This document shows, piece by piece, positions 18,806 to 29,670 of a stretch of DNA of 42,350 nucleotides (position 1 is the stretch's first letter; each line of letters begins with the position of its first letter). This DNA comes from Alphaproteobacteria bacterium (lineage in GTDB: Bacteria; Pseudomonadota; Alphaproteobacteria; Rs-D84; SZUA-605). The notes beneath the pieces are model-generated. The model was given only the letters and a program-made list of their open reading frames with translations. It was not told the DNA's origin and did not search any database. Position numbers and translations under genes: made by a program. The stretch covers positions 1 through 42,350 of the forward strand of contig QKJL01000018.1 in NCBI GenBank assembly GCA_003250835.1, read 5' to 3'.

Positions 18806-19369
18806 ATGACGGTAATTTTTTCTTATATTTTATTTATCATTGTTTTTGGGGCTGTGTTTTCTCTTTTACGCGTTACGCACAGTGAACGTTTATCTGTGAA
18901 TAAAACGATTATTATTGGTGGGATGAGCTTTTTCTTTTTTATCCTTCAACTTCTTTCATTATTTACTGGTATGCTTGGGGTTATATTGGCTTGTATCGGC
19001 ATTTTACATAGCAAAACAGCACCTAAAAAAGAACGTCTCTTTCAATTTGAATTTCAATTAGCGCTTGCTTTCTTTTTAACATTGATTGGTTATCACCTGG
19101 GATACCAAGTGTTGTTTATTTTACTTTTACCTGAACTTATTGATTTGCTAATGTTCATCATTAAACGTTTTACACATACAGGACGCAGTAAAGCAAAGTT
19201 ATTTTATTTAAACTTAACAACACCTGTTCAATTTAAACATTTTAATATTTTAACTGGGATCCTTGCATTTTTAAGTGCAGGTGTGATTGGTTTTTCATCA
19301 AACAATACTGCTGTTTTTGTATTGGCATTAATTGTGACCATGTTATCCCATGAATCCCAACAAAACTAA
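18806..19369 (+). CDS. Hypothetical multi-pass membrane protein (possibly degenerate MraY/WecA-like)
   Basis: GAGGAG SD before ATG 18806; about 6 TM segments; LLPELIDLL..IIKR resembles the WecA C-terminal half. Confidence 0.7.
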   Translation: MTVIFSYILFIIVFGAVFSLLRVTHSERLSVNKTIIIGGMSFFFFILQLLSLFTGMLGVILACIGILHSKTAPKKERLFQFEFQLALAFFLTLIGYHLGYQVLFILLLPELIDLLMFIIKRFTHTGRSKAKLFYLNLTTPVQFKHFNILTGILAFLSAGVIGFSSNNTAVFVLALIVTMLSHESQQN

Positions 19370-19376
19370 TTTCAAT

Positions 19377-19408
19377 AAAAAAGCGGCTGAGTTAGCCGCT
19401 TTCTTTTT
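19377..19408. terminator. Bidirectional terminator
   Basis: AAGCGGCT-gagtt-AGCCGCTT between convergent genes, A/T tracts on both sides. Confidence 0.8.
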
Positions 19409-21806
19409 ATCTGTTAATATCATTTGGTTTATCACAGTATTTATCTTTACCGTAATATTCTTTTTCCAAATCAAATCCGGCTGGTAGAGGCACCATCTTT
19501 TGTGTTAATGCATGTTCCAATACTTCATCTGCTGTTTTCACTGAGATTATTTCCAAGCCTTCTTTTACACTTGCTGGAATTTCTTCCAAGTCTTTTTCAT
19601 TATCTGCTGGAATCAATACTGTTTTAATTCCCCCACGTAATGCTGCAAGAAGCTTTTCTTTTAACCCACCAATTGGTAAGACGCGTCCTTGCAATGTAAT
19701 TTCACCAGTCATCGCAATATCTTTACGCACAGGAATTCCCGTTAAGTTTGATACAATAGCCGTACACATTCCAATTCCTGCTGATGGACCGTCTTTTGGC
19801 ACTGCACCTTCTGGCATGTGGATGTGCAAATCTTTACGATCAAAATCTTTTGGATGAATTCCAAATGGAATTGCACGTGAACGTACAAATGATTTTGCAG
19901 TTTCAATTGATTCTTTCATCACATCACCCAGTTTACCAGTGATCATAAATTTTCCTTTACCTGGCATTGTAACCGTTTCAATTGATAGCAATTCACCACC
20001 AACACTTGTCCAAGCCAATCCAGTTACCACACCCACTGTATCTTTTTCATGCGCACGTCCAAAATCAAATCTTTTCACACCTGCATATTCTTTTAGATTT
20101 TCTGATGTAATTTCAATACTTTCTTTGTCTGTTGTTTCCAATTCTTGCAATGATTTACGGATAAGTTTTGCAATCATTTGATTGAGTTTACGTACCCCTG
20201 CTTCACGTGTATAGTAACGAATTGTATCACGAATAGCTTCATCATTGATTGACCATTCATTTTCTTTTATTCCATGATCTTTCATTGCATTTGGAATCAA
20301 ATGTCGTTTTGCAATTTCCATTTTTTCATCTTCTGTATATCCAGAAAGATTAATGATTTCCATACGATCTAATAATGGATATGGAATACGTAATGAGTTT
20401 GCAGTTGTAATAAACATCACATCTGATAAGTCATAATCTGCTTCGATATAATGATCATTAAATGTTTTATTTTGTGATGGATCCAATACTTCCAATAATG
20501 CTGATGTTGGATCACCATGCCAATCAGAACCCATTTTATCAATTTCATCCAATAAGATAAGTGGATTTGTTGTTCCTGCTTTTTTCATTGCATTGATGAT
20601 ACGTCCTGGTTGAGATCCTATGTATGTACGACGGTGTCCGCGAATGTCTGCTTCGTCACGTACGCCACCCAATGAGATACGCACAAATTCACGTCCCACT
20701 GATTTCGCAATTGATTGTCCCAATGATGTTTTACCTACCCCTGGAGGACCTACTAAACACAGTACTGTTCCACCTGTTTTTCCTGTACGTTTTTGTACTG
20801 ACAAATGTTCAAGGATACGTTCTTTTACTTTTTCTAAACCATAGTGATCAGCATCCAAAATTTCATTTGCTTCTTTGATATTATTTTTTAATTGTGATTT
20901 TTTATTCCATGGTAAGTCAAAGATCCAATCTAAGTAATTTCTTACCACTGTTCCTTCTGCTGACATTGTTGGAATTTTTTTCAATTTCTTAATTTCTTCA
21001 CGTACTTTATCAGCAATTGTTTTTGGCAAATTTGTTTCTTTGATTTTACTTTCATATACTTGATCTTCTGCTTCATCTTCACCCAATTCTTTTTGGATCG
21101 CTTTCATTTTTTCATGTAAATAAAATTCACGTTGGTTTTTATCCATTTGGAATTTTACACGTGTTTGAATTTTTTCATCTAATTTTGATGAAGCGATTTT
21201 TTCTTCCACGATTTCAATAAATCTTGCCAAGCGTGCTTCAATTGATGGCAATTCTAAAATCTCTTGTTGTTCTTCCAATGGTACTTCGATGTAATTTAAG
21301 ATCATATCCACAATCCCACCAAAGTCTTTTACTTTACGAATTGCTTCTGGTGCATCCCCTGGAATACGACGTGATAATTTTGCATAGTATGAAAAAGCAT
21401 CAACCAACATTTTGATTGCTTCTTTTACAACTGGTTTATCTTTTAATGAATTAATTGTTTCCAAAATTTTAACATGTGAAAAAATTGTATTTTTTTCGAT
21501 TGTTGTATTTTCTAATTGGATTAATGATTTTGCTTCCGCCAAAATTTTTACCGTTCCATCTGGTAATTTTAAGAATTGCAAAATATCACACAACACACCT
21601 TTATTATAAATATCTTCGATCCCTACTTCTTCAATATCTGGATCCACTTGTGTTGCCAAGACAATGCCTGCGTTTTTGTTCATTGCTTCTTCTAATGCTT
21701 GGATTGATCCTTCACGTCCAATAAACAAAGGTACGATCATTCCTGGAAATACTACGATGTCACGTAATGGAAGAACTGCATATTTTTTTTCTGAAATTTT
21801 AGGCAT
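19407..21806 (-). CDS. lon: ATP-dependent Lon protease
   Basis: [42 protein letters not shown]. Confidence 0.97.
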   Translation of the reverse strand: MPKISEKKYAVLPLRDIVVFPGMIVPLFIGREGSIQALEEAMNKNAGIVLATQVDPDIEEVGIEDIYNKGVLCDILQFLKLPDGTVKILAEAKSLIQLENTTIEKNTIFSHVKILETINSLKDKPVVKEAIKMLVDAFSYYAKLSRRIPGDAPEAIRKVKDFGGIVDMILNYIEVPLEEQQEILELPSIEARLARFIEIVEEKIASSKLDEKIQTRVKFQMDKNQREFYLHEKMKAIQKELGEDEAEDQVYESKIKETNLPKTIADKVREEIKKLKKIPTMSAEGTVVRNYLDWIFDLPWNKKSQLKNNIKEANEILDADHYGLEKVKERILEHLSVQKRTGKTGGTVLCLVGPPGVGKTSLGQSIAKSVGREFVRISLGGVRDEADIRGHRRTYIGSQPGRIINAMKKAGTTNPLILLDEIDKMGSDWHGDPTSALLEVLDPSQNKTFNDHYIEADYDLSDVMFITTANSLRIPYPLLDRMEIINLSGYTEDEKMEIAKRHLIPNAMKDHGIKENEWSINDEAIRDTIRYYTREAGVRKLNQMIAKLIRKSLQELETTDKESIEITSENLKEYAGVKRFDFGRAHEKDTVGVVTGLAWTSVGGELLSIETVTMPGKGKFMITGKLGDVMKESIETAKSFVRSRAIPFGIHPKDFDRKDLHIHMPEGAVPKDGPSAGIGMCTAIVSNLTGIPVRKDIAMTGEITLQGRVLPIGGLKEKLLAALRGGIKTVLIPADNEKDLEEIPASVKEGLEIISVKTADEVLEHALTQKMVPLPAGFDLEKEYYGKDKYCDKPNDINR

Positions 21807-21886
21807 TTTATTCCTTTATAATTTTATGTTTTTTGATGAGCTATATTTAATACGTTTTATCACTAAAACAAGTAGTCATGATGATT

Positions 21887-22312
21887 TTATTTTTCCAATT
21901 GGAACAGTATTGCGTCTTCGGTTGGGCTTTGATAATAATTAGGTCGTTCTCCTATTTTTTTAAACCCACATTTTTCGTATAGTTTTATTGCTGGCATATT
22001 TGTTTTTCTTACTTCTAAAAATATTTTGTGTCCAACCTCTATCGAATCAATATAGTGTTGTATCAATTTTTTTGCGATCCCTTTTTGACGCATTTCTTGA
22101 TCCACAGCAATGGATAAAATCTCACTTTCTATTGATACCACTTGTAATAAAATAAAACCAAGTATTTGATTATTTTCCCAGTATGCCCAGCCCATTACGC
22201 CAGCGTTTAAAGAATTTTCAATTTTATCAGATGACCATGAGGTTAGATTTGCTTGTTCTGCGATCAAGCCACATTGATGACAATCAGACAAAGTAATTGG
22301 TTTAATTAACAT
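21887..22312 (-). CDS. rimI: RimI-like GNAT acetyltransferase
   Basis: EILSIAV...RQKGIA, FLEVRKTN.PAI.LYEKCGF...GER.NYY; downstream of tsaB. Confidence 0.85.
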   Translation of the reverse strand: MLIKPITLSDCHQCGLIAEQANLTSWSSDKIENSLNAGVMGWAYWENNQILGFILLQVVSIESEILSIAVDQEMRQKGIAKKLIQHYIDSIEVGHKIFLEVRKTNMPAIKLYEKCGFKKIGERPNYYQSPTEDAILFQLEK

Positions 22313-22922
22313 TCTTTTTCTTTGCGTAGTGGCCTTTGATATAAAATGGCTTTGCATCATTTGCAGATATAACATCACCAGATCTCATTACCTGATCAAC
22401 TGTTATCCAATTTTCTAATGATGTTTGTCCTGTACATTCTTCGACCATATCACCTAAATACAGATCATATTCATTTGTTGCCCAGTTATTTTGCACTGTT
22501 TCTTTTGATAAGGGTTCTTGGCAGATTGTTAATTCTCCGTTGATATGTTTTGCAACATAGTATTCTTCTGCTCCACATTTTAAGACTGCCAACCAGTTTT
22601 TATCTGCATATGTTTCTTTCCATACCTCAAATACATTGATTCCTGTTATTGGTGCATTCAACCCAACAGATAATCCTTTTGCTGCTGCAATTCCTATACG
22701 AATACCCGTAAATGAGCCTGTCCCCGTAATTGTAAGGACTTTTGTGATTTCTTGGACCTTTATTCCTGCATCCATACAGACGCCAGCGATCATCCCCGTT
22801 AAATGTGTACTTAGGTCCTTTGTTTCCGTTGTTTCACGTTTATAGAGACCACCAGGTGTTTGCAGCCCTACGGTCGCAGGACAGCCACATGTATCAATAC
22901 TGATTATTACTTCTTTTTTCAT
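22302..22922 (-). CDS. tsaB: tRNA threonylcarbamoyladenosine biosynthesis protein TsaB
   Basis: ISIDT, GTGSFTGIRIGIAAAKGL, KPFYIK; start moved to MKKEVII. Confidence 0.88.
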   Translation of the reverse strand: MKKEVIISIDTCGCPATVGLQTPGGLYKRETTETKDLSTHLTGMIAGVCMDAGIKVQEITKVLTITGTGSFTGIRIGIAAAKGLSVGLNAPITGINVFEVWKETYADKNWLAVLKCGAEEYYVAKHINGELTICQEPLSKETVQNNWATNEYDLYLGDMVEECTGQTSLENWITVDQVMRSGDVISANDAKPFYIKGHYAKKKNVN

Positions 22923-23042
22923 AAGGATTACATTAGCACCCTTATTCTTTATACGCAATAAGAAAAGACTTGACAAAAATTAATTTCCATGGAAAATCAG
23001 AGGGGTTAAACATTGTTTTAGAAATTATTAAAAATTATAAAT

Positions 23043-23960
23043 ATGAAAAAATTAGTTATTTTATTGGCGGGAATCGCCTTGGTATTTGCTTCATGCGAAA
23101 AAATGGAGCCTATTTTTGAAGAAGCCCCTGAAGCTGAGACCCACGTATGGGGATTTGTCATTGAAGTACCTAATAGTACTTGTGACTATCCTTATACTTC
23201 ACAAGGTTTTAGTGATGAGTTAACAACAACTGGTTTTTATAGTTTTGAAGGCACTGAAGAAGAAGCTTTTCAAAATTATGAATTACTAGAGATGCAACTA
23301 CGTAATAATGTCACATCTTTTAGCGTCAATCTATATAGAGATCTTTTTTATTTTAATCCTGGACATGAATACCTTGTGAATTCGATGCCTCGGACTGAAA
23401 ATATGGAAATTAATATTTTGATTTTTCAAGATGAGACATTTATCACAAGTAAAGATCTAACCTTGTATGCGGATTACCATCCACATCGTGATGTCATTAC
23501 TTCTGAGGCTGGCGATACTCTTTATATTCAGGATAGTATTATGAATATAAACTATATTCCTGGCGATCCGATTGAAACTGTTACATATGATAGTAGTTCC
23601 ATTACACGGAGCCTTACATTTAACAACCTTGTTGATTCAACAAGTGTTGATGTAACAATTACCAGCACGTTTATCAATCAAATTGATAGTATTTGGTGGG
23701 TTCCTGATCCAATTGATACCGCTGGTGGGCAATGGGTAACAGTGACAGAAATTGATACTGCTTATCAATACAATGATACTACATTGTACTTTGTGTTCGA
23801 TAGCCTATCAGCTACTGTCAGCTGGACTGAATGGACTTACTTCAGTAATACGGATAGAACATATCCCCTTGTTGCTGATACAACCTGGACACCAATTGAT
23901 GAACTAATTTTCTTACCTCCTACTATTGAAAGATGCGATAGCATCCCGTATGTGAGGTAG
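23043..23960 (+). CDS. Orphan acidic Thr/Asp-rich lipoprotein
   Basis: MKKLVILLAGIALVFAS-C lipobox; TTGACA at 22970; A/T-rich leader without SD. Confidence 0.8.
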   Translation: MKKLVILLAGIALVFASCEKMEPIFEEAPEAETHVWGFVIEVPNSTCDYPYTSQGFSDELTTTGFYSFEGTEEEAFQNYELLEMQLRNNVTSFSVNLYRDLFYFNPGHEYLVNSMPRTENMEINILIFQDETFITSKDLTLYADYHPHRDVITSEAGDTLYIQDSIMNINYIPGDPIETVTYDSSSITRSLTFNNLVDSTSVDVTITSTFINQIDSIWWVPDPIDTAGGQWVTVTEIDTAYQYNDTTLYFVFDSLSATVSWTEWTYFSNTDRTYPLVADTTWTPIDELIFLPPTIERCDSIPYVR

Positions 23961-23983
23961 GCAGCTTTTTCATACTAATGTTC

Positions 23984-24015
23984 AAAGAGGTCGCTTTTTA
24001 GCGACCTCTTTTTTA
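23984..24015. terminator. Terminator between lipoprotein gene and pyrG
   Basis: AAAGAGGTCGCT-tttt-AGCGACCTCTTT. Confidence 0.85.
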
Positions 24016-24019
24016 TTTG

Positions 24020-25642
24020 TTATTTTTTCATTGCATCCACAAATGATACAAATAGTGGATGTGGTTCGAATGGACGTGATCTTAATTCCGGATGGAATTG
24101 CACCCCAATAAACCATTTATGATCTGGACGTTCCACAATTTCTGGTAATAATCCATCTGGTGATTTACCCACCACGATCATTCCATTTTCTTTTAATGCA
24201 TTTTCATATTTATTATTCACTTCATAACGATGACGATGACGTTCACAAATATCTGATTCACCATAGATTTCTTTTGTTTTACTTCCATCTTCGAGATGAC
24301 ATGGATATCCACCCAAACGCATTGTTCCACCCATATCTGAATTTTTTGTACGGGTTTCAATACGTCCGTCTTTTTCCCATTCAGTAATCAGAGATACAAC
24401 TGGTGTTCCTTCTTTTGATAATTCAGAAGATACAGCATCCCTTACACCAACAAGGTTACGCATTGTTTCAAGTACGGCCATTTGCATTCCGAAACAAATT
24501 CCAAAGAATGGGATATTGTTTTCACGTGCATATTGTACAGCGAGCATTTTTCCATCTGTTCCACGGCTTCCAAATCCACCAGGAACTAAGATACCATCTG
24601 CATTTTCAAATGCTTTTTTAGCTTCTTCCATTGTATTAATTTCTTCGGTGTTTACCCAATCAATTTCTACCTTTGTTCCATTTTCAACACCGGCGTGGAA
24701 TAATGCTTCTGATAATGATTTATAGGCATCTGGTAATACTACGTATTTCCCCGCAATTGCCACACGTACTTTCCCATTATTTTTCGCAAAATCTAATTTC
24801 TTTTCAAAGCCTTCCCAACTGCATAGATTAGGTTCTTGATTAATTGGTAATTTAAAATATTCACATACTTGTTGATCCATTCCTTGTCCATGATATACAC
24901 ATGGGATTTTATAAATATTATCTACATCAACTGCACTTATTACGCGTTCTGGTTTCACGTTACAGAACAAAGCAATTTTACGACGTTCATCTTCACCCAT
25001 ATAACGGTCTGCACGACAGAGCAACATGTCTGGTTGAATTCCATATGATAATAAGTTATGTACTGATTGTTGAGTTGGTTTTGTTTTTAATTCACCCGCT
25101 GTTGGAATATATGGTAACAATGTTAAATGCATGAACATTACATTTTCACGCCCTTTTTCATTTGCAAATTGGCGAATCGATTCTAAGTATGGAAGCCCTT
25201 CAATGTCCCCAACTGTTCCACCCAATTCACATAATACAAAATCTTCATCATCTACGCCTGCTGCAATAAAATCTTTGATTTCATTTGTTACGTGTGGAAT
25301 CACTTGTACTGTCCCGCCGAGATAATCTCCACGACGTTCTTTCGTCAATACACTCCAATATATTTGACCTGTTGTAATATTGTCTGATTTTTTTGATGAT
25401 ACGCCTGTGAAACGTTCATAGTGACCAAGATCAAGATCTGTTTCCGCCCCGTCATCTGTTACATAACATTCCCCATGTTGATAAGGTGACATTGTCCCTG
25501 GATCAACATTTAAATATGGATCCAATTTTTTATTACGAACTTTGTATCCACGTGCTTTTAGCAATGCTGCCAATGCTGCTGATGCGATACCTTTACCCAA
25601 TGATGATACCACCCCGCCGGTGATAAATATATAGCGTGCCAT
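24020..25642 (-). CDS. pyrG: CTP synthase
   Basis: [44 protein letters not shown]. Confidence 0.98.
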   Translation of the reverse strand: MARYIFITGGVVSSLGKGIASAALAALLKARGYKVRNKKLDPYLNVDPGTMSPYQHGECYVTDDGAETDLDLGHYERFTGVSSKKSDNITTGQIYWSVLTKERRGDYLGGTVQVIPHVTNEIKDFIAAGVDDEDFVLCELGGTVGDIEGLPYLESIRQFANEKGRENVMFMHLTLLPYIPTAGELKTKPTQQSVHNLLSYGIQPDMLLCRADRYMGEDERRKIALFCNVKPERVISAVDVDNIYKIPCVYHGQGMDQQVCEYFKLPINQEPNLCSWEGFEKKLDFAKNNGKVRVAIAGKYVVLPDAYKSLSEALFHAGVENGTKVEIDWVNTEEINTMEEAKKAFENADGILVPGGFGSRGTDGKMLAVQYARENNIPFFGICFGMQMAVLETMRNLVGVRDAVSSELSKEGTPVVSLITEWEKDGRIETRTKNSDMGGTMRLGGYPCHLEDGSKTKEIYGESDICERHRHRYEVNNKYENALKENGMIVVGKSPDGLLPEIVERPDHKWFIGVQFHPELRSRPFEPHPLFVSFVDAMKK

Positions 25643-25696
25643 TTCAGATCTCCTTCCCTTTTTCCCTAAAAAATCTGGCGTAAAAAATCCCGTTGC

Positions 25697-26026
25697 TTAT
25701 TTTGCTAACGGGACAGTTGGTTTAGTTTCAGTTTTATCTGCTGATGCTGGTGCAGCTTCTTCAACATTGATCATGCCGTCTTTTGGAGCCCCACCATTTT
25801 GTTTATACACCATCAGTGATAAAATAAAACTGATTACGAAGAAAGCAATTGCCAACACATTTGTTGCTTTCGTTAAAAAATCACCTGCTGCTACGCCTGT
25901 CATCATTCCGCCGAATTTAGATCCGCCGCCAATTCCAAGCACGCCACCTTCTGATTTTTGCATTAAAATTACACCAACCAATGCGATGGCAACGATTACA
26001 AGTACTGTCATTAAAAATGGTATCAT
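25697..26026 (-). CDS. secG: Preprotein translocase subunit SecG
   Basis: VILMQKSEGG.LG.GGG, LTKAT; secG-pyrG adjacency. Confidence 0.9.
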   Translation of the reverse strand: MIPFLMTVLVIVAIALVGVILMQKSEGGVLGIGGGSKFGGMMTGVAAGDFLTKATNVLAIAFFVISFILSLMVYKQNGGAPKDGMINVEEAAPASADKTETKPTVPLAK

Positions 26027-26094
26027 TTCATTATTCCTTTCTTATTAATAAATTTGATTATAAACATATGCGACTTAGAGTCAAGATTTGTTCA

Positions 26095-27423
26095 TTAAAC
26101 ATTTTCAGATAATTGTTCTTTTATCTTTTTTACTTCTTGTTTTGATAACGGCTGGACTTCTTCTGATAAATAATCACCCAAATGTTTTAAGAAGCTTGTC
26201 TTTCCTTCTTTATTTACATTAATGGCCTGAATATTATTACGACGCCATGTTGATTTTACATCATCCACATTTGCTATTTGACCGTTTTCAATTAATACAA
26301 TTCCTTCGAATTCGATTTCTTTATCGAATTTCTTTTTTAATTCTTTGCGAGCTTCCACCAAATCATAGGCAGGTGATTGCATCGTTCCATTATCCGACAT
26401 CCATACAGGAGCATGTCCATCAATTTTTTCTTCGTCTGCCATCCATGATGCATTTTGATTAATTGTTTTTACCAATACAGCTTTTTCTTCACTGATTGCC
26501 AATAAATCAATATTATGCTTTTTCAATACTTCAGTTTCAAATAATACATATCCTTTTTCTTTGAAATTTTTTCCAAACTTCACTTCTTTTTCAGGAATAG
26601 GTTTCTGTTCTTTATTTTCAATATTATTTTTCTTAGGTTGATTTTGATTATTCTTTTTTTCACCTTGATTTTTATTCTGGTTATTTACTTCTTTTTTATT
26701 TTCTTTTGCTTTTGCAGCTTGGGCATGTTTTGATTTTTGTTCGTGCGATTGCAAACGTGATAAAATATCATCAATTGAACTTTCTTCTTCCAACGTAGGT
26801 TTACGCGGTATACCCGCTGCTGCTGGACGTTCTATTTCTACTGATGGTTTTGGAGTAGATACAGGTTGTGCACTGACAACTGGTTTATTTGCAGATTGTG
26901 TTTGTTTTTCTTCTTTTGTTTCACCAGAACTTTCTTTTTTAACACCTTCTTCCATTTCTTTTACCATTGCTTCTGGGAAATATGGTTTTGCTTCGGCTAT
27001 CTTTTTCTTTTCAAAAATTTCACGTGGCATTCCTGGTTCAATTTTCTTAGGCTCGTCATCCAATCCTAATAATTCTTCCACTTCTTCTTCGATTGGTTTA
27101 ATGATGTGCTTTTTAACAAATGCATAAACTGTTTTTAAATATTGCTCAACACTGCTTAATAAGTCTAATTGCACCCATAGTACCCATCCAGCTATGAAAA
27201 TTGGCACAAATGCTAATAGATATAAAATAAAGGCCCATTCACGCACTGTGTCGATATGCCATCCATGGTTCCAAATATATTGAAGATAACGCCAATGACG
27301 TGCTGAGGTCAGATCAAAGCCCCATTTAAGATACAAGAGGATATTTGAAAATGTCGTAAATATTGCAAACCAGATAACTCCGGTCAGTCCATTACGCAAT
27401 AATGTACGAAAATTTTTCAACAT
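26095..27423 (-). CDS. Hypothetical membrane protein with a possible C-terminal NERD/nuclease-like domain
   Basis: Two N-terminal TM helices, low-complexity linker, IDLLAIS...LVKT...W...SP pattern. Confidence 0.7.
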   Translation of the reverse strand: MLKNFRTLLRNGLTGVIWFAIFTTFSNILLYLKWGFDLTSARHWRYLQYIWNHGWHIDTVREWAFILYLLAFVPIFIAGWVLWVQLDLLSSVEQYLKTVYAFVKKHIIKPIEEEVEELLGLDDEPKKIEPGMPREIFEKKKIAEAKPYFPEAMVKEMEEGVKKESSGETKEEKQTQSANKPVVSAQPVSTPKPSVEIERPAAAGIPRKPTLEEESSIDDILSRLQSHEQKSKHAQAAKAKENKKEVNNQNKNQGEKKNNQNQPKKNNIENKEQKPIPEKEVKFGKNFKEKGYVLFETEVLKKHNIDLLAISEEKAVLVKTINQNASWMADEEKIDGHAPVWMSDNGTMQSPAYDLVEARKELKKKFDKEIEFEGIVLIENGQIANVDDVKSTWRRNNIQAINVNKEGKTSFLKHLGDYLSEEVQPLSKQEVKKIKEQLSENV

Positions 27424-27492
27424 TTTTATCCCTGTTTAATTAGTGGTATTATTTTGCTGAGGTTAGCAATTCTGAGTAATTTTGTCAATTAA

Positions 27493-28269
27493 TCAATTCA
27501 CAAGGATTACATCCGTACATTTTCCAGTTTTAGGGTCAATGTCAAATATTACACCACTGACTGTTCCCACCCCTTCGGCAGGTTCCAGACGGCGTGATTC
27601 AGCTGATTCCAATAAACGTGGTAATGCACTTTCTGTTTTCGCGCCGAGCATTGAGTTTTGATCTCCACACATTCCAAGATCTGTGATATATCCTGTTCCA
27701 CCTTCCAAGATTTTCAAATCAGATGTTTGTACGTGTGTATGTGATCCAAAGACAGCAGAAACCTCCCCTTTTAGGTAATGTCCCATTCCAACTTTTTCCG
27801 AGGTTGCTTCGGCATGAATTTCAACAATTTTAATTTTAATATCTTTATATTCATCCAAAATCTTACGTACTTCATGATATGGATTTGATGGTTCACGGCG
27901 TGGATCATCCATATACAGACGTCCCATTACACTTATAAACAAGATCTTTTCTTTGCCTGTATTTAACACCACATGTCCACGACCTTCTTTTACTTTCGGT
28001 AAATTCGCTGGACGTACAACGTTTGGATATTTATCAGCCACTTTTAATGTATCACGATCAGTATAATGATCACCTGTTGAGATAATATCTACCCCGCAAT
28101 CAAATAGTTCCCCCGCGATACGATCTGACATTCCGAATCCATGTGCAGCGTTATCTGCATTTACAATCACACAATCCAGATTATATTTTTCCTTTAATAG
28201 AGGAAGATCATTTTCAATTGCCAAACGGCCTGCTTTTCCCGCGATATCACCTAATGCTAGTACTTTCAT
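27493..28269 (-). CDS. YmdB-like (TIGR00282) metallophosphoesterase
   Basis: LGDIAG..GR, NADNAAHGFG, RPANLP, HAEATSEK, GSHTHVQT, TDLGMCG; start at MKVLAL. Confidence 0.92.
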   Translation of the reverse strand: MKVLALGDIAGKAGRLAIENDLPLLKEKYNLDCVIVNADNAAHGFGMSDRIAGELFDCGVDIISTGDHYTDRDTLKVADKYPNVVRPANLPKVKEGRGHVVLNTGKEKILFISVMGRLYMDDPRREPSNPYHEVRKILDEYKDIKIKIVEIHAEATSEKVGMGHYLKGEVSAVFGSHTHVQTSDLKILEGGTGYITDLGMCGDQNSMLGAKTESALPRLLESAESRRLEPAEGVGTVSGVIFDIDPKTGKCTDVILVN

Positions 28270-29210
28270 TATCCCACTTTCTTGTGATAGACGACTCTGT
28301 TGCCGCCTCGTTCTTTTGCTATTTTCGCACATTGTCGCGCTTTGTCAAATAGTTCTTTATGCCCATCACCTGATAATGGGTGAATTGCGGCCCCAATACT
28401 AAAGGAAATACTTGGTAATATATCCCCAATGATTTTATCTTTTTCCAATGCATCCATTACTTTTTCAATCGTATCGTGAATATCTTTTTGTGTAAACTTA
28501 TCCAAAACGATAAATGCAAATTCATCATCTTTGATACGGGCAATTGATGATTCCGCTGGTAAGTTTTGTTGTAATATTCGTGATAAACGACGTAAAATTG
28601 CATCCCCTGTTTCAAATCCAAAACGAGAATTTAATGTTTCAAAATTATCAATATCCATATAAAAGATTGAAGCCATAGATCCATTTTCTCTTACAATATA
28701 CATTGCATGTTCAAGACGATTTAAAAATGCCCCAGCTGAAATTAAACGTGTCATCATATCGTGATGAGCTGGATGTGGGAATTTTTCAGCATCACTTGCA
28801 GATGGCATTTCATACATTCCAATAATATGTTGAATTGGTCCATTAGGTTTATTAATTGCACTGAATTGAGCCGCCAGCGCCAATAGACGACCTTTTTTCG
28901 TACGGAGCCACAATGTTCCTTTCCAGCCTCCGTTATGAATAATCTCATTAAAGATTTGTTCGTATTCAATTTCTTTATTTTCGTATCCATCAAACAACAT
29001 TGATAATGGTGCATAACGCACTTCAAGATCATCATATCCTGTTAAATCTTTGAATGTATTATTAATTGATATAATACGCCCCACATTATCACATAAGATT
29101 GTTGGCGTAAAATTTAACTCAAACAATGCAGACAACACTGATGGTATTTCCATTTCTTCTAATGGTAAATTACATGGATAAACGTGTTTCTTAATTACGT
29201 GTTTTGGCAT
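28269..29210 (-). CDS. PAS plus degenerate GGDEF domain protein
   Basis: PAS (INNTFKDLTGY, WKGTLWLRTKKG); DIDNFETLNSRFGFETGD; signature reads IKDDEF; AKERGGNR. Confidence 0.85.
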   Translation of the reverse strand: MPKHVIKKHVYPCNLPLEEMEIPSVLSALFELNFTPTILCDNVGRIISINNTFKDLTGYDDLEVRYAPLSMLFDGYENKEIEYEQIFNEIIHNGGWKGTLWLRTKKGRLLALAAQFSAINKPNGPIQHIIGMYEMPSASDAEKFPHPAHHDMMTRLISAGAFLNRLEHAMYIVRENGSMASIFYMDIDNFETLNSRFGFETGDAILRRLSRILQQNLPAESSIARIKDDEFAFIVLDKFTQKDIHDTIEKVMDALEKDKIIGDILPSISFSIGAAIHPLSGDGHKELFDKARQCAKIAKERGGNRVVYHKKVG

Positions 29211-29260
29211 TGTTATTTTCCCTTCCTTTTTACACGAGATAATTATACCTGATTTTCAGT

Positions 29261-29296
29261 AAAAAGAAAAGCCCTGGTTCACGTTTGAACTCAGGA
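29261..29296 (-). terminator. Terminator after 40-aa ORF
   Basis: CCTG-GTTCA-cgtt-TGAAC-t-CAGG hairpin followed by a U-tract on the minus strand. Confidence 0.6.
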
Positions 29297-29327
29297 CTTA
29301 ACATCGCGTCTTGCTTGCTTGTACATT

Positions 29328-29450
29328 TTAGTATGCGCTAAGAATTCTTAGCTGGTTTTGTTCCCACAAGTAAATATCATCATTAAAAGAATAACTGATT
29401 TTACCTGTTTTTTTCTTTGGTTTTTTATTTTTTTCAGTTTTTTGATCCAT
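29328..29450 (-). CDS. Small orphan protein (40 aa), not in ORF track
   Basis: MDQKTEKNKKPKKKTGKISYSFNDDIYLWEQNQLRILSAY; TTGACT(29503-29498)-N16-TATAAT(29481-29476) upstream and terminator downstream. Confidence 0.55.
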   Translation of the reverse strand: MDQKTEKNKKPKKKTGKISYSFNDDIYLWEQNQLRILSAY

Positions 29451-29513
29451 AGGTAGAATAATTTAGTTTTTCTTCATTATAGTTATTAATTTACTGAAGT
29501 CAATTTTCTACAT

Positions 29514-29543
29514 AAAAAAGAGGCATACATTGCTGTACACCTC
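29514..29543 (-). terminator. Terminator of Cys-rich mini-operon
   Basis: Minus strand GAGGTGTACA-GCAA-TGTATGCCTC-TTTTTT; two G-U pairs form only on the minus strand. Confidence 0.75.
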
Positions 29544-29549
29544 ATTGGT

Positions 29550-29648
29550 TTATACTTTTCTACGACTACATCCGCCGCAGTCTAATTTTGCATTCATCGA
29601 CTTACATCGCCGATAATTTGCACATTTTACCACTGTAAACTTTTGCAT
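29550..29648 (-). CDS. Small 4-Cys peptide (32 aa), not in ORF track
   Basis: MQKFTVVKCANYRRCKSMNAKLDCGGCSRRKV; fills the gap between 29671 and the terminator. Confidence 0.55.
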   Translation of the reverse strand: MQKFTVVKCANYRRCKSMNAKLDCGGCSRRKV

Positions 29649-29670
29649 ATGATTAAATTTTAATAAATAA

